Positions 37,301 through 50,638 of a stretch of 64,000 bases of DNA are shown here, piece after piece. Source of the DNA: Felis catus (lineage: Eukaryota). Position 1 is the stretch's first letter, and each line of letters opens with the position of its first letter. Below the pieces are notes generated by a model that was not told where the DNA came from, made no database searches, and worked only from the letters and a program-made list of their open reading frames with translations. The stretch covers positions 188,296,001-188,360,000 of the forward strand of contig NC_058368.1 of assembly GCF_018350175.1 (NCBI RefSeq), given 5' to 3'. The position numbers and the translations under genes were made by a program.

Positions 37301-37443
37301 AAAAAAGGGGGGGGGGAAGAAAAGAAAAGAAAAGAAAAGAAAAGAAGAGGAGAGGAGAGGAGAGGAGAGGAAAGAAGAGAAGAGAAAAGAAAAGAAAAGA
37401 AAAGAAAAGAAAAGAAAAGAAAAGAAAGAAAAGAGAAAAGAAA
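37301..37443. repeat. Compound pure-purine tract: G-run, (AAAAG)n and (AGAGG)n
   Basis: About 140 bp containing only A and G. Confidence 0.93.
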
Positions 37444-40400
37444 CCTGTGAGCTCGATTGTGTGTTGCACCTAACACAGTGCGAAGCACACGGAGTTACTC
37501 AGTAAATACTTACTGGATAAATACTGACAAAAATATAATTACAGGACATGGCACGGGCTATTCCAGAAGCAAAAAATCAGAGAACATCTTCGAAAATGGG
37601 ATGGCATCCGAACCTTGCCTGAGCAGGGATGTGTGCTGAGTGGAGCACAAGTTTGGTGAGGGTGGTGGGGAAAAGGCAAATGATGGAGATGGAAAAAAGA
37701 AGTCTGGGGCTACAGTGCCGAAGGCTGTCTGTGACACAGTCACAGTTGAGAAGCCATCAGCCCCGACTTCCAGGCAGGATTGTGAGCAATTGCTGCCTCT
37801 ACATGTCTGTGTTTTCACAGCAGAAGGTGGAAGGCGCCACTCACCCACTTGATAACAGAGTAGATAGGAACGAGGGATTTAGAATCAAGCAGACCCGGGT
37901 TCAAATCCCAGCTCCACCACCTTTTTAACACCAAGATGTTGAGCAAGTAATTTAACTTCTCTGAGCCTCAGTAGTTTCATCGCCATAAAGGGAACCATAA
38001 TGTCCACCCCCGAAGAGTATCATAAAGGATTACACCAGGTCATGTACCGTAAAATCAGTCATAGAGTACCTGGCTCATAGTATTTTTAAAATGGTGCTTT
38101 GTTGCTGTCATTTTGGTTATAATTATAACTACTGTCACTCTTTTTGGAATAATGTTGCTTTGCATCCATCTGCCTATACTGCCTATGAGGAAACTTAACT
38201 TTGAGCCTCATCTCTTCTATATGGGTTATCTCAACAGAGCAAGTGAATTTAGATCCATCATTTGATGGGAAAGTGTGGATTACTCACCAAGAGAAATCCT
38301 CCAAGAGCATGTGGGCCAAGATTTCTCAACTTACCATTGAGGAGACTGAGGCCCACAGAAACTGAAGTCTTGGCCCTGGTCCCACCACGGCTCAGGGGGA
38401 AGAGCCCCTCACCACGGCTCAGGGGGCCAATTCCCCGAGTGTCCAGATTCCTATGCTATGCCCCTCTGGTTCCAGCCCACTATAATCCAGTTGACTCTAT
38501 TGTTGTGTAGACAGGGCCAAGATTAAAATCAACTTCAAGTGCCAATCTTCCAAAGCCAAGTGCCCTGGAGGAGCCAGATCTCCTGCCCTGCCCCCCTCAC
38601 AGGGGTGCCTGCTTTCCTCACACTCTCTCTGAAGCCTCCACAGGCAGCTGCTCTGTGTCTGAGAATAGATGTTGCCCTGGAGGCCTCCTGACCCCTGGAG
38701 GAGGAGACGAGAGGCCCTTCCCGGCCAGTGTCAGCTTACAGTGGGAACAGGGCCTGGGGACAAGGCCAGAGCTGGGCTGACACGGGGAATGTTATTGCTT
38801 CCCCAGGCCCTCATCCCCAGCAGAGGCTGTGTACGAGTCACACTGCGGTGGCCTCACCATAGCATGGGGTAGGTTTCTCACCAGCAGGCCTCGGTCGGTC
38901 GCTCTGGAGTCAGCCATTCTTTGGCAGTTTTGCAGGCTCCCGTGGCGTCCCAGAACTCCTCTCTTTGTCTGGGGTCACAGCGCTCCTCTGGAAGAGAAGC
39001 TCAAGGGGAGACCCTCAGCAGGACAGGAGTAGTTTGTCTTTTTCTGGAATTCCCCCAGTAGCTTTCCAAATCCTTCACTGAGGGCTCTCATGGGAGGATT
39101 CAAATGGTCTGGGCAAGCCACGTTAAGTGCCCAGCTGCTATTTGGTCCCCTTTGTGAGACTCAGAGAACTTGCCATACCCAGTCAAATTAAAGAACTCTT
39201 AACGCAAAAGAAGTGATTTTCTGCATCGTGGATCCCTACCCACATCTGGCCTGACCCATAGAGACCCAGGCTGTGGGCTAACTGAGGCCTGTGTGGGAGC
39301 CACTGCCTAGCCGATGGGACCCCGCTGGACTAGAGGATGACTGACCACCTGAACCAGTTAGATCCTCCCTCACTACCCTACTTTACTGAGTAGAGATTGA
39401 GGCTTTCTATGTGCCAGGTCCCATGGTACTATGCCAGGTCCCAGTGGTAGAAAACTGGGAGGGGTTCCATAACCCCAGATAATTTTGCCCTCTGTAAGAA
39501 TTCAGTGTATGACTCCTGTGCCATATTAGCAGCTTAGATTAGCTATCAGGATTTTGTTGTGACATAAACACAACTCTCATTTATAAGGGGGCCATTACCT
39601 TAAATACACCAACACATTTATTAGAATCTTTGACTTCAAGGAACAGAAGCTGAACCCAATCTGGCTTAAGGAAAAGTCAGAACTCACTGGCTGTGAGAGA
39701 CTACAGCTGTCCCCAGGGAATCAAATGACGAGAGCATCTCTCTTGGCCTCCTTCCCCTGCTCCCTTCTCACCCCATATCTTAGCTCTCTGCTTCTCTCCA
39801 TGTGTTGGACTCATTCTTTCTTAAGATGAAAGAGGTCTGTCCACACAGCAGAAGGCATGGCAGAGGCAGCTCCAGGCTTCATCAACCCAGATTAGCAACA
39901 TACACAGAGAAAGAGGATTTCGCTGTCCCAGACCCCGCGGGTAAAACTCAAGGGAAGGACCAAACTTGGGTCACAGGGCCACCACTGAGCCAATCACTGT
40001 GGCAAGGGGTATGACATATGACGACTGGTCCAGTCTTGGTCACATGATACCCCTCAGCCCACCCCAACCAGAGGCGAAAGAGGAACAGTTCTATAAAGAA
40101 GAGAGTATGTTCTTTCAATGGGCAAATGGAGCAGATGCTAAACAGGATGGGGGAGGGGGGAGAAATCTCTGTTACACCAGAAAGAATAAAAGGAAAAGCT
40201 ATTTCTATACAGAAGAAAAAAGTAGGGAAGGCCTTTACCAAAGAGTAACTACCTTTAAGATTATTCCTAATGGCCAGCTTTTTTAGAATATGGAAAACAT
40301 GAATATATTTAAAAATAGTCCATGGACTGGCAACTTTTATGGGATATATAGATGTGGTGAGTCAGTGCAGAGCTAATGCCCAGGGTGACAGAAAACAAAT

Positions 40401-42904
40401 CAAGTGTCTTTGCGGGGAGGAAGAGAATTCACATCTACTGAACATCTACTGGGTGTTGGGCTTTGTGGGTCCATGTGATTCATGAAGCAATATGGCCACC
40501 CTATGAGGCAGGCACCATTGTTTCCCTCCATTTATAGGAGAGGAACCGATGCTGAAAGATATTTTGAAAAGCCCATCTCACTGAAGGCCCCTCAGCAAGT
40601 GAATAGTGAAGTTGGGATGTGAACCCAAGTTTGTCTTATTCCAAAGTTTGCCCTGCCAGCCAAAGGCAAAATATAGCCCAGCTAAAAGGTGGAGGGGCAA
40701 ATAATGAGTCCCTCCTCTATTTATACACAGAGAACAAAACCAGACTGCATAAAAGGGCAGAAGTGCCAAAAAGGGAAATAGTTTTTCCGGGTCCTTCATG
40801 AGGACATTCTTTGCTCCCAAAATGGAGACAGCGCTTGAAAGTAAGCTTACACATTATTCTGTGGCAGCCAGGAGACCATGACCAAGAAAGGATAAGGGAT
40901 TCAGCAGCCCAGGGGGCGCCCATGCCCTGCAAGAGTCAGCAGTGGAGGCCTGTGTCCAGACATGATATGTAAAGGGACTTAACGTCTTAACTGGTCGAGA
41001 AAGGGAGCTTTCAAAGGTAAACCTCCTCATATGAGAAGTGTGGTGATAAATGTGAAGATACCTGCATGTTTTTGAATTACAGGGAAACAATGACTGAAGA
41101 GGAAGGGTTAAAAGAATCAGATTTTAATGAAAACAAGTCCTTGCCTTATTACAGATACAAAAGCACTGGAAAGGACATGGCATGAACAACAGAAATAAAA
41201 ATCCCAATTAACCTGCCCAGTGAAAACCCTGGGCTAGAAAAACAATGAGTCTGAATGATGACACAGTTCTCTGTTGGTTTGTCTTCCTTACACTCTTTCC
41301 CCACTTTTCCTGTGAACATCAAGTACAGACTGCTACACATAGGGTGCCATGTAAATGCTCTGGCCCCTCCTCATACTTTCTTCCACTGGATGCAGTAGTT
41401 GACTGACCTGATGTGACTCAAGCTAAGCCTGATGTTTCTCTGGGATCAACGTAAGAGTGTTAGGAGAGAGCAGTCCTCTCTCTCCACTGGGTTAGAACGG
41501 CCTCACATATCAGGAAACGGCCATAGGCAGCTCTAGGCTTCATCCATCCAGATTAGCAACAACCCAGACAACGGAGGATTTCTGTCCCTCAGAACACACA
41601 CAGAAAATTCAAGAGAAGACACCTCTCCTGACCATGTGAAGGGATCCCACCAAGTGGGAGGGAATGAGGCCAGCCCAGAGAAGGGGAGAGAGACAGAGAC
41701 AGACAGGCAAACAGAAACAACATCCTTCAAAATTCTGACTCCAGTCATACCTGCTCTCCATCCTGGACTCCCCTCCTGGTAAGACAGCTAGAATTGGACT
41801 TCTATAACAACAAAAATAGAGTCCACTAACAGAACTCCCATCAAAGCTTCAACCAATAGGATAGGGTACACTGTGAATAGAAATGAAAGTTGTGACCTGC
41901 TGGAGCCACTGAAAATGAATATCATAATAATTATAAAAGATACGGGCCCCTGTCCTCAAGGAGTTCAAAGTTATGAGAAGTTCTTTTGCTTTCCTGCTAT
42001 AGGTAGGAAATCCTTCAGACATATCAGTAATAGTGTATGTGTGGTGGGGGGAGGGGATGACAGAGTCTTGAGTGTTTACAATCTTCCTCCAACAGGAAAA
42101 TGATAATAACCGAGTTATTGGCTGGACGTGACAAATACACACAGAAACCAGGAAGGTGGCACACAGGGCTTTGTATGTTTCTCACGCTCACAGGGACGCT
42201 CTCAATGGGCTTTCATAAAGCCTTCCTCTCAGGCTTAGCTCCTCTTTCCTGGGACTCCCTTGGCATCCTGGCCTTTGGGCCCCTCTGCCCTCCTCCCAGG
42301 GCTCCCAGAAAACCAGTTCCACTCACCCCATGAGCAGCTGGAGGCAGTCAGATCAGATTCCTCCAGAGAGGGGGCTCCAGGTCCTTCGGCAAAACATCAG
42401 AAGAGCTACAGATTGTTCCTGGATAATACTGTCTCTCTCAGAGCACTTCTTCCGTGAACAACCACTATGGAGGTGTCGACCTTTTCTCTGTCTTACAAAA
42501 AAAGGGGGGTGTGAAAAAGAAGATAATTGTGTAACACAGCACAGGGTGAGGGCCTCTGACAGTCCCCGTTTCCTACCACCGCAGAAACAATACCAGCTCT
42601 CATGCTCGACGCACCATTTACAACTACAGAGCCACACTATAAAATGCACACCACTTTTTAAAATCCTGCTAAAAAGCTTTTTCTGCATAGGTAATAAACC
42701 TTCAATAAGGAGGATGTTTACATTTGCAGCTTCCATTGGGTTTGAAAATTCTTTTTCAAAGTCAGAGACCAGCACTCCAACACACACACACTGGCTCACA
42801 GATGCTGCTGGTGACAAAATAAATGGATACAACATTAATGGTGAGCTGTCTGGCGATGTGTTTCGAAAGCCTTGAAAGATGTCATATATTTTGACTCAGT
42901 AATT

Positions 42905-43212
42905 TTATTTTTGCGTGTGATTATAGTTGACACACAATGTTATACCAGTTTCGGGTGCAGAACATCGTGACTCGACATCACTGTATATGTTATGCTACGC
43001 CCCCTACAAGTGTAGCCATCATCCATCATCACGAAACCATGATTGGTCCCGTTGACTCTATTCCCTATGCTGTACCTGTTACTCCCGTGACTGACTTATT
43101 CCGTAACTGGCGGCCTCCCATTTTGCCCAACTCCTCCACCCATTGTGGCCAACCCCTCACCCCCACCCCACCCTGAACTGGCAGCCATTAGTTTGTTCTC
43201 TGTATTTATAAT
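42905..43212 (-). mobile_element. Carnivore/laurasiatherian L1 3'-UTR fragment
   Basis: ttatagttgacacacaatgttataccagtttcgggtgcagaacatcgtgactcgaca...tattccctatgctgtac...agtttgttctctgtatttat resembles an antisense L1_Carn/L1MA 3' end. Confidence 0.65.
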
Positions 43213-44009
43213 TCATCCAGCAATTGTAATTACAGACTGTGGACTCTGGAGCCACATCGGCTTCACCACCAATCGGTCATGTGATTTAGCCTCTTTGAGT
43301 CTCAGTTTCCTCATCTCTAAAGGAGGGATGGTAACAGTATCTATCTCTTGGGTTGGTTTTGAGGATTAAATGAAATAAATATATGCAATGCCTTAGAACG
43401 GTATCCAGCATAGGGTTACAGGCTACATAAGTGTTAGCTAAGTAGGTGATTACAGATAGGAGCAGAAATACATCCCAGAATTATTTTAATCAGCAAAATT
43501 TTAGAAAACATCTAATAATGGGAACTGGTTAAAAACAATTAAGGTACATCCATAAGACGGAAAGCTACATAAGCAGTCTTTAAAATCATATTTTAAAGAA
43601 TATTTATGATTTGGAAGATGTTCATAACACAGTGTTAGGCCAAAGAAAACATAATCAAGTTTCAAATAGTATGTATAATATGGTACAAATATAAAACTGA
43701 AAAGTGAAGGAAATACTGTAAAGTGTTATTGGCAAGGGGATGGTTCAACCTTGCCTGCGACGCCAGAATCACCTCCAGAATTAAAAAAAAAAAAAAACCA
43801 ATGCTGATGGATGACCCCATTTGTAGAAAATCTGATGTAATTGGCCTGGAATATCACCAGGGCCTCAAGATCTTTATTTTCTTCTGTGTGCTTGTTTCTT
43901 TCCCCCATTTTTTCCCCTAAAATTTTCTAAAATAAACACGTATCATTTTTGTAACTAGAAATTAAGACCATAAATGCTATTTAAAAGACACTGCAATTAG
44001 TCCCATCAG

Positions 44010-44560
44010 AGTAGCTAGCTGACTAAGCAGCTATGCCAGTACCTGGTTTACCAGGTTGCCTTCTCCCCAGGGGGGTGCTCCTGGAGGGAAGCCGGGGCTG
44101 GCCGAAGACGGACAGGTGGCTTCAGAGCATGAGTCAGCGTCCTGCAGAACGGATCTGGGAGGGGGCAGCCGATGGGGAGGTGAGGGACTGGGGCGGCCCA
44201 GAATGCTTGAGGGCCCGGGGTAGGGGGGCGGCCGGGAGGCCCCATGGCCGGCTGGCTCTGCTGGCAGAGCAGTGGTGCAATGTTATTTATGGCCTTCCTG
44301 CCAGAGGCCTTGCTCGGTGCCCGTTGTGATACTGGGATTTCATTTGCGTAAGTCAGCGTCGCGTTTTCTCTTTTCCAGCACACGCGCGTGCTAAGGGCCG
44401 AGAGGAGTGGAGAAACAAGGACAAAGGGAGCAAAGGAAGGTCTGCGGCTGCTAACAAATGTAACTGACAACGAGTCCAGGGCTGTTCCTATTTTTCTCCC
44501 TCGGTGTCTAATATTAAATGCTCTGGGCCTGCTGATTGAGCTTCTTCATCGGTGATAGCA
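44010..44560. promoter_or_regulatory. Candidate enhancer or CpG-enriched regulatory element
   Basis: A non-repetitive, GC- and CpG-enriched block with clustered motifs: GCTGACTAAGCA (44018-44029), TGAGTCA (44130-44136), TTTATGG (44286-44292), CTTCCTG (44294-44300), TTGCGTAA (44344-44351) and the palindrome CACGCGCGTG (44381-44390). This call rests on motifs only. Confidence 0.4.
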
Positions 44561-47500
44561 TTTATTTATTTTTTTCCCCCATCATTCAGCAAATCCTTTT
44601 GGAACTCTGATTATGTGCCAAGCCCTGTGCCAAATACTTTTCATCATTTAATTCTTATCTAGAGCTTTAAACTAATGACTCAGGTACTGTTATTAGCTTG
44701 CCTTTTACAGATGAACAGTTTGAAGCTCAGGGAAGTTACTGGCCTAAAGTTACCCAGCAAGTTGTTACTCAACACCATCATCATCAGAGTGGCTACCATT
44801 TACTGAGCACATACTATGTGCCAGGCACTATACAAAGAGCTTTATACCCATTATAATTGCCAACCCAACCCCTTACCCCACTCTACCCCACCCCTGCAAT
44901 AGCCCCATGAAACAATTATTATTATTATTACTACCCCTGATTTTCAAGTGAGGAAACTTAGGCACAGAGAGAGAGAGCATTACTCACCTAAGGTCACACA
45001 GCTTTTAGCAACAGAAAAGGATTTATATCCGAGAGTGTCAAACTCCTGGGCTCCTATTCCTCAGCCATAAATTATGCTGCCCCCACAATTTAGTGCTGAG
45101 CTTCAGAAGTCAGGCCAGGCTTAATGCCTTTAGTATGCAGTGTATTAAGACGCTTACTTACATCAGTTCAAGATGTTCACCTGCCTTGGCCTGTTCTCGC
45201 TACCTGGGATTTCTTCATCCTACAAGCAAATAACATGAGGAGCTGGAAACCTACTCCAACCTAATTTGGGTTTCTTTTTTCCTCTTTTAATTCTAATTCT
45301 CTTTATAACTGCTATTTCAGGCATGTGCCCATTATCATCCACAAAGCCATGGCAGGAGAGAATTATGGGAAGATGAAAGAGAAGGCAAGAAAAGGGCACC
45401 TGCTGGTTGCCACGGTGAAATGTTCAAAGGAAGCAGGAGACAGCCATTAGCATTCAGTTTAATGGTGTGTTTAGCCCCATCCATAACTGGAAGTGTGTTT
45501 ACTGTTTCATATATCCTTTGTAAGAGGGAGCCACAAATCTCATTCTCCATATTGAGAGCCAGTTAATGGTTCTAATTATGTGTCAGCTCACACTGTTCTT
45601 CAACCAAAGGATGGGGCAATCAGAGTTCCCCACTTACCCCAGGCTCTGCAAGCAAACACCTTGCACCTTGGTCCCACGGGACTACCTACTTGCTGATAAT
45701 CCAGAAGCGCTGGGATGTGGCCCAGAGCACCACCACATGGAAACTGAAATCGGGTCACTTCAAAGCCCCAGGAGCACTTTCTCCCAATGCTTCCCATGTA
45801 AATGGCCCTCTACAAGCTGTTTATCCACCCAATGCTCTGCAATGTTGTCAAGCTCCATTGCCCACACGCTGCAAATGGAGATACTGAGACAAAGGTGCAC
45901 TACCTGGAATGTGAATCAGCCACTTCCAAGAAGGGAATGGAAAAGTTTCTAACCACAAGGAATTTGCTAAATCCCTCCCAAACCTCTTCCTCTCCTCAGT
46001 GGTCCTCAAGCCTGGAGGCCTATCAGAACCACCTGGGAAGCTCTGGCTCCATCCTCAATCCAGAGATCCAGAATTTCAGGGGGTCAGGACCAGACCTCTC
46101 TAGCTCATGAATGCTCCTCGGGCAATTCAGGCGCGCAGCAGGGAGTAAGAACAAGAACGCTGCTCTGATCCCTCTACAGTTTCTCACGGGCCCTGACTTA
46201 CACATTTGCCATTTCACTCCCTCTGCCAAACAAGCTTCCTCGTTAAGCTAGAGTGTCCTGCAGAGAGCATGGTTCAGTGGTAAGCATGGGGCTGCTGACA
46301 CCCGGCTGGCCTGGGTTTGAATCCCAGCTCTGCCACTTTCTGGACAAGTAACTTAAACACACTGGGGCGTAATCTGCTGGTCTGCAGAACCGGAATGGGA
46401 ATAGTGGCTGCCTTATGGGGCCATCGAAGGCGTCAAGTTCCCGGCACACGGTTAACACTGGTAAAGGGTAGCCACCACCACGGTGATGATCTAAACTGTT
46501 TCTTACGGAGGACAGGGGAAGGAGGGCTGTCCTGGCCCAGTGGGTTTCTGCTGTGAGCAGGGGATGCAAAGTCTGGCTCTGCATTTGCCAATATTTTCAG
46601 CACACAGTGGGAGGGTGCATTTTCCCCTGGTTCAGACACCAAGAGGCCTACCAGGACCGAGTAGGACCACAAACTGAGATAAACAGGTCTCAACAACACC
46701 ACCCTTCTTTTTTTCAGTTCTGAAAACTGGGTAGTCAAAACATCCAGATGCACACGAACAAAAAAAAAAAAGAAAGAAAGAAAGAAAAAGGAAAAGAAAA
46801 AACACCACCAATTACCTGGTTTGGGGCAGCACAGATTCAGATCATTGCCCCGACTTTGCAGTTTCCACATATGTATATAGGTTCCTCCTAGACAATATCT
46901 AATAAGCATTGAGTGCTTGCTGTACATCAGAGCCAAGTAGTTTCTTTCTACGCCTCGTCTCATTCAATTCTCACAACGGGCCCCTAAGATAAATGCTGTT
47001 TTAAGTAAGCCACCAAGGCTCACAGAGGTTAAATAACTTGCCCAAGATTACACAGTAAGTAAGTAAGTTGAGACCTAAACTCTACAAGCCCCACCTCTCA
47101 GGCTTCCATCGGGCAGAGTGAATACATGGTGATTATCCCATGGCCAATGGGTTGCAAAGACTTACCCGCAACCAGGTGTCAATCCTCAAACTCTAGCTCA
47201 GCAGCTTGAATGTCACCTTCCTCCAACCTCTGATGGTCCTTCTTCCCCCACAGGGCCTTTGGGAAGGAATAACAGCATCTTTGCGTAGAGGTATTACAGC
47301 CCCACGGAAGTATCAGATGACCTGAAGTCCCCCCAGTCATCATGAACTCCGCTCAAGAAGCAGCACTGGCAACCTTTGTTTGCAAGAGTTATGCTAGTTC
47401 CTACCTCTGATTGCATTCTATCCTGCAAACAAGCCTGTAGGTAGAGGTGTTCCCACTGCCAAGAAAACACAAATGCAGCCACGGGGTGTGAAAAGGGCCA

Positions 47501-47871
47501 GAAAGGCAGCCACCTCCTACTTTTTCTCACTCTCTTTTTTTTGGTCCTTTGTCTCTGTTGCACTCTACCTCTGGGGAGGCAATGTCATATAGTCTAAGAA
47601 TGTCAAAGAGACAGCATGTGCGCCACTGGACATCCTCCCTCACCCCTCACAGATGTGACATTACTGCCACATTGCAGCACTCTCTCCACCCAGTCGGGAG
47701 AGCACCCGATATTCTTCTAAGGGCTTCTGGCAGCAACTCCCAACCAATGGATGCAGGCACAGTACACACGGCATATTTCATTCCTGGTGTTGTGACTAAC
47801 AGCATGTACTTTCGACTCAGTCAAACCTAGATTAGAGTCCCAGCTCTGACTGTGTGGCCATGACCATGTTA

Positions 47872-47906
47872 CCTTTTGTTTTTTAAGTTTATTTATTTTG
47901 AGAGAA

Positions 47907-47951
<45 letters not shown>

Positions 47952-48083
47952 CCCAAGCAGGCTCCACACTGTCAGCACGGAGCCCAAAGCCTGATGTGGG
48001 GCTCGAACCCATGACCTGTGAGATTATGACCTGAGCTGAAACCAAGAGTCAGACACAATAGACTGAGCCTCCCAGCCACCTCT
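47872..48083 (-). mobile_element. CAN-SINE with an expanded (GA)n tract, inserted in a MIR
   Basis: TSD atgaccatgtta lies at 47860-47871 and 48084-48095. Confidence 0.92.
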
Positions 48084-49381
48084 ATGACCATGTTATTTAA
48101 CCAGTCTGAGCTTTAGCTTACTTTTCAGCAAAATGAAGATTATCATCTTTCTTTCCCAGGATGATGATTAATTGAGGATGAGAAATGACTGCACAGCTCT
48201 GGGCTCCTCACCTGGCACACAGAGGGCCCTTCCTAAAAGGTATCCATCCCTCCCATGGCCCTAACATTTCTTGAGGATAACTAGCATTACTCTGTATCAC
48301 TCTGCTAAGAGCTGGGACCCCGAGAGTGGGCAAGTAAGGTAAGCTTCCTGATCTCACATCACATTCTAGGGGAGAGAGCCATTTTTGGTAAATAATTATT
48401 TATCAAATCATTTCAGTCTGTGGTAAGTGGCCTGAAAGAAAGGGCTTTGTGATGAGATAAAAAGCACCAGGATGGGGTGAGGAGCAACATGGGGGCGTCT
48501 CAGACACTACAGAAAGTTTCATCCCTCTCAAGTGCCGGCCCTTGAATCCCTGGCAGAGGAAAAAACAAATGGAAATGGGCCAGAGTGGTGTTTTGAAGCA
48601 CTGTGATGGTAAAGGAGGCAGGTTATTCATAGTACTTCTGCCCTCTGACCCTCTCCGGTTTGATTGGCTCTGTCTCCAGGATGAGAGAAGTAGAACACTC
48701 AGAGCTGTATTCATGTGTTCTGATGAGGCCCCTTTTAAGTCCCGACTAATCTGCTACAATCAGCCTGCAGTCTGCAGCACAGACCCAACCACCCCAGCAA
48801 ATCAGCCCTGGACCCCTGGGAACCCATGCTGGCACACTGGCCCCTTCCTCTCTCATCCTCCCCCTTCCTCTGCTCCCAGTCCCACAACTTCCTCCCTCCA
48901 CTTCCCCCTCCCCTCCTCCCTCCACTTCCCCATGCCTGGGGTACAGAGCCCATGGAGGCCTGGGGTGGGGGCCAAAGAATTACCTGCTGAGTGACCAGAT
49001 TGCATTGCCTGGGTATGGGCTCAGCAGCCAGAGACAGAAACAAAAATCAATGGCCGGGGAAGGGACATTTCTAGAGAGGTGTAAGTCTGGGCTCCTCCAA
49101 AGGGTGACCCTGAGAATATATGCACATTCAAAGGGAGACAGACCCAGATAATTCTCATCTGCTTGTACATGATACTTAACAAACCATTTTCATAACATTT
49201 ATCTTTCCAGCAACCTTCCAAGGCGTTAGGCAGGGGGAGGAAACAAGCTCAGGGGTCCTAAGAGTTTTGCCCAGGGCTGCTCAGCTGGGGAATGGAAGAA
49301 CCAGGGCTAAGATCTGGTTTGTTTTTTTTTTAACACTGCCTCCCAACTCTCTACCCCCCAATATCCAGAGTGTGCTCCCTC

Positions 49382-49855
49382 TGCATCAGTCAGAGCTCTG
49401 CAGAGAAACAGAAGCAATAGGATATATATACAGTGAGAGAGAGAGATTTATTTTAAGGAACAGTTCACACAGTTGTGGAGGCTGGCAAGTCTGAAATCTG
49501 CAGGGCAGGCCAGCAGGCTGAAAAATCCAGGTAGGAGTTGATGTTGCAGTCTTGAGTCTGAAAACCACAAGGCAGCCCAGTACAGCTTGGAAACTGGGAC
49601 AGGATCTCTGTGTTAACAGTCTTGAGACAGAATTCCTTCTTTTCTGGAAAACTTCAGTGTTTACTCTTAAAACTTCGGTGGATTATGTGAGGCCCAACTA
49701 CATTATGGAGAGTAAGTAGTCTGTTTTACGTAAAGTCACCTGATTATAAATGTTAATCACATCTACAAAGTACCTTCACTGCAGCAACATCTAGGCTAGG
49801 GTTTGACCAAATAATTAAGCGCTACTGTCTAGCCATGTTGAAAATTAACCATCAT
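49382..49855 (-). mobile_element. ERVL LTR (MLT2-like)
   Basis: Contains cagagaaacagaagcaataggatatatata...gagatttattttaaggaa...ggctggcaagtctgaaatctgcagggcaggccagcaggctg...aaaattaaccatca. Confidence 0.8.
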
Positions 49856-50206
49856 GCCCTCTTTGGGACATTTTCATGCATCATCCCACTTAATCTTCAC
49901 AATAACCCATGAGGAGTCTGTTGACATGATGCCCATTTTACAGATGAGGAAACTGAGGCTCAAAGAGCTAAAGTAACTTTTCCAGTCTCTCCTGTGGCTC
50001 ACGTGGCTGAGCCAGGAGGCAGCCTCCCACTACAGAGACTTCTCAAGGTCCAAATTCTATGGTTGGAAGGCAGCAATTTATCCCTAAAATTCAGGTAACT
50101 ATAAAGTCGTGAGACTGGTGTTTAGCATAAACATACCAGAATTTGCACAAAATCTAGTGATCTTAAAAGGCATTTTAAGCATTGACTGAATATATACAGA
50201 TGATTC

Positions 50207-50591
50207 CTTTTTTATTTAATTTTTTAAAATTTACATGCAAATTAGTTAGCATATAGTGACACAGTGATTTCAGGAGTAGATTCCTTAGTGCCCCTTACCC
50301 ATTTAGCCCATCCCCCCTCCCACAACCCCTCCAGTAACCCTCAGTTTGTTCTCCATTATTTATGAGTCTCTTCTGTTTTGTGCCCCTCCCTGTTTTATAT
50401 TATTTTTGTTTCCCTTCCCTTATGTCCATCTGTTTTATCTCTTAAAGTCCTCAGATGAGTGATGTCGTATGATTTTTGTCTTTCTCTGACTGACTGATTT
50501 CATTCAGCATAATACCCTCCAGTTCCATCCACGGAGTTGCAAATGGCAAGATTTCATTCTTTTTCATTGCCAAGTAATACTCCATTATATA

Positions 50592-50638
<47 letters not shown>

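Noticed and set aside
37165..37505. Lys/Arg/Glu-rich and Phe/Leu/Ser-rich ORFs, also at 4137-4428, 26413-26739 and 52410-52676
   Set aside because: These are translations of microsatellites.
40905..40920. CTCF-like motif cagcccagggggcgcc, with a weaker one at 14255-14269
   Set aside because: It mismatches the conserved 5' part of the motif, and isolated partial matches are expected by chance.
42330..42875. Overlapping 181-aa (+) and 160-aa (-) ORFs, including the longest in the track
   Set aside because: No recognisable domain or exon structure. The right-hand end of the region runs into old L1-like sequence, and such lengths can occur by chance in 64 kb.
46433..46963. 176-aa minus-strand ORF
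   Set aside because: It spans an A-rich low-complexity tract and MIR fragments, with no homology I recognise.
48542..48994. 150-aa Pro/Ser-rich ORF
   Set aside because: The composition comes from a C-rich tract with a short internal repeat (cctccctccacttcccc twice), not from a known protein.
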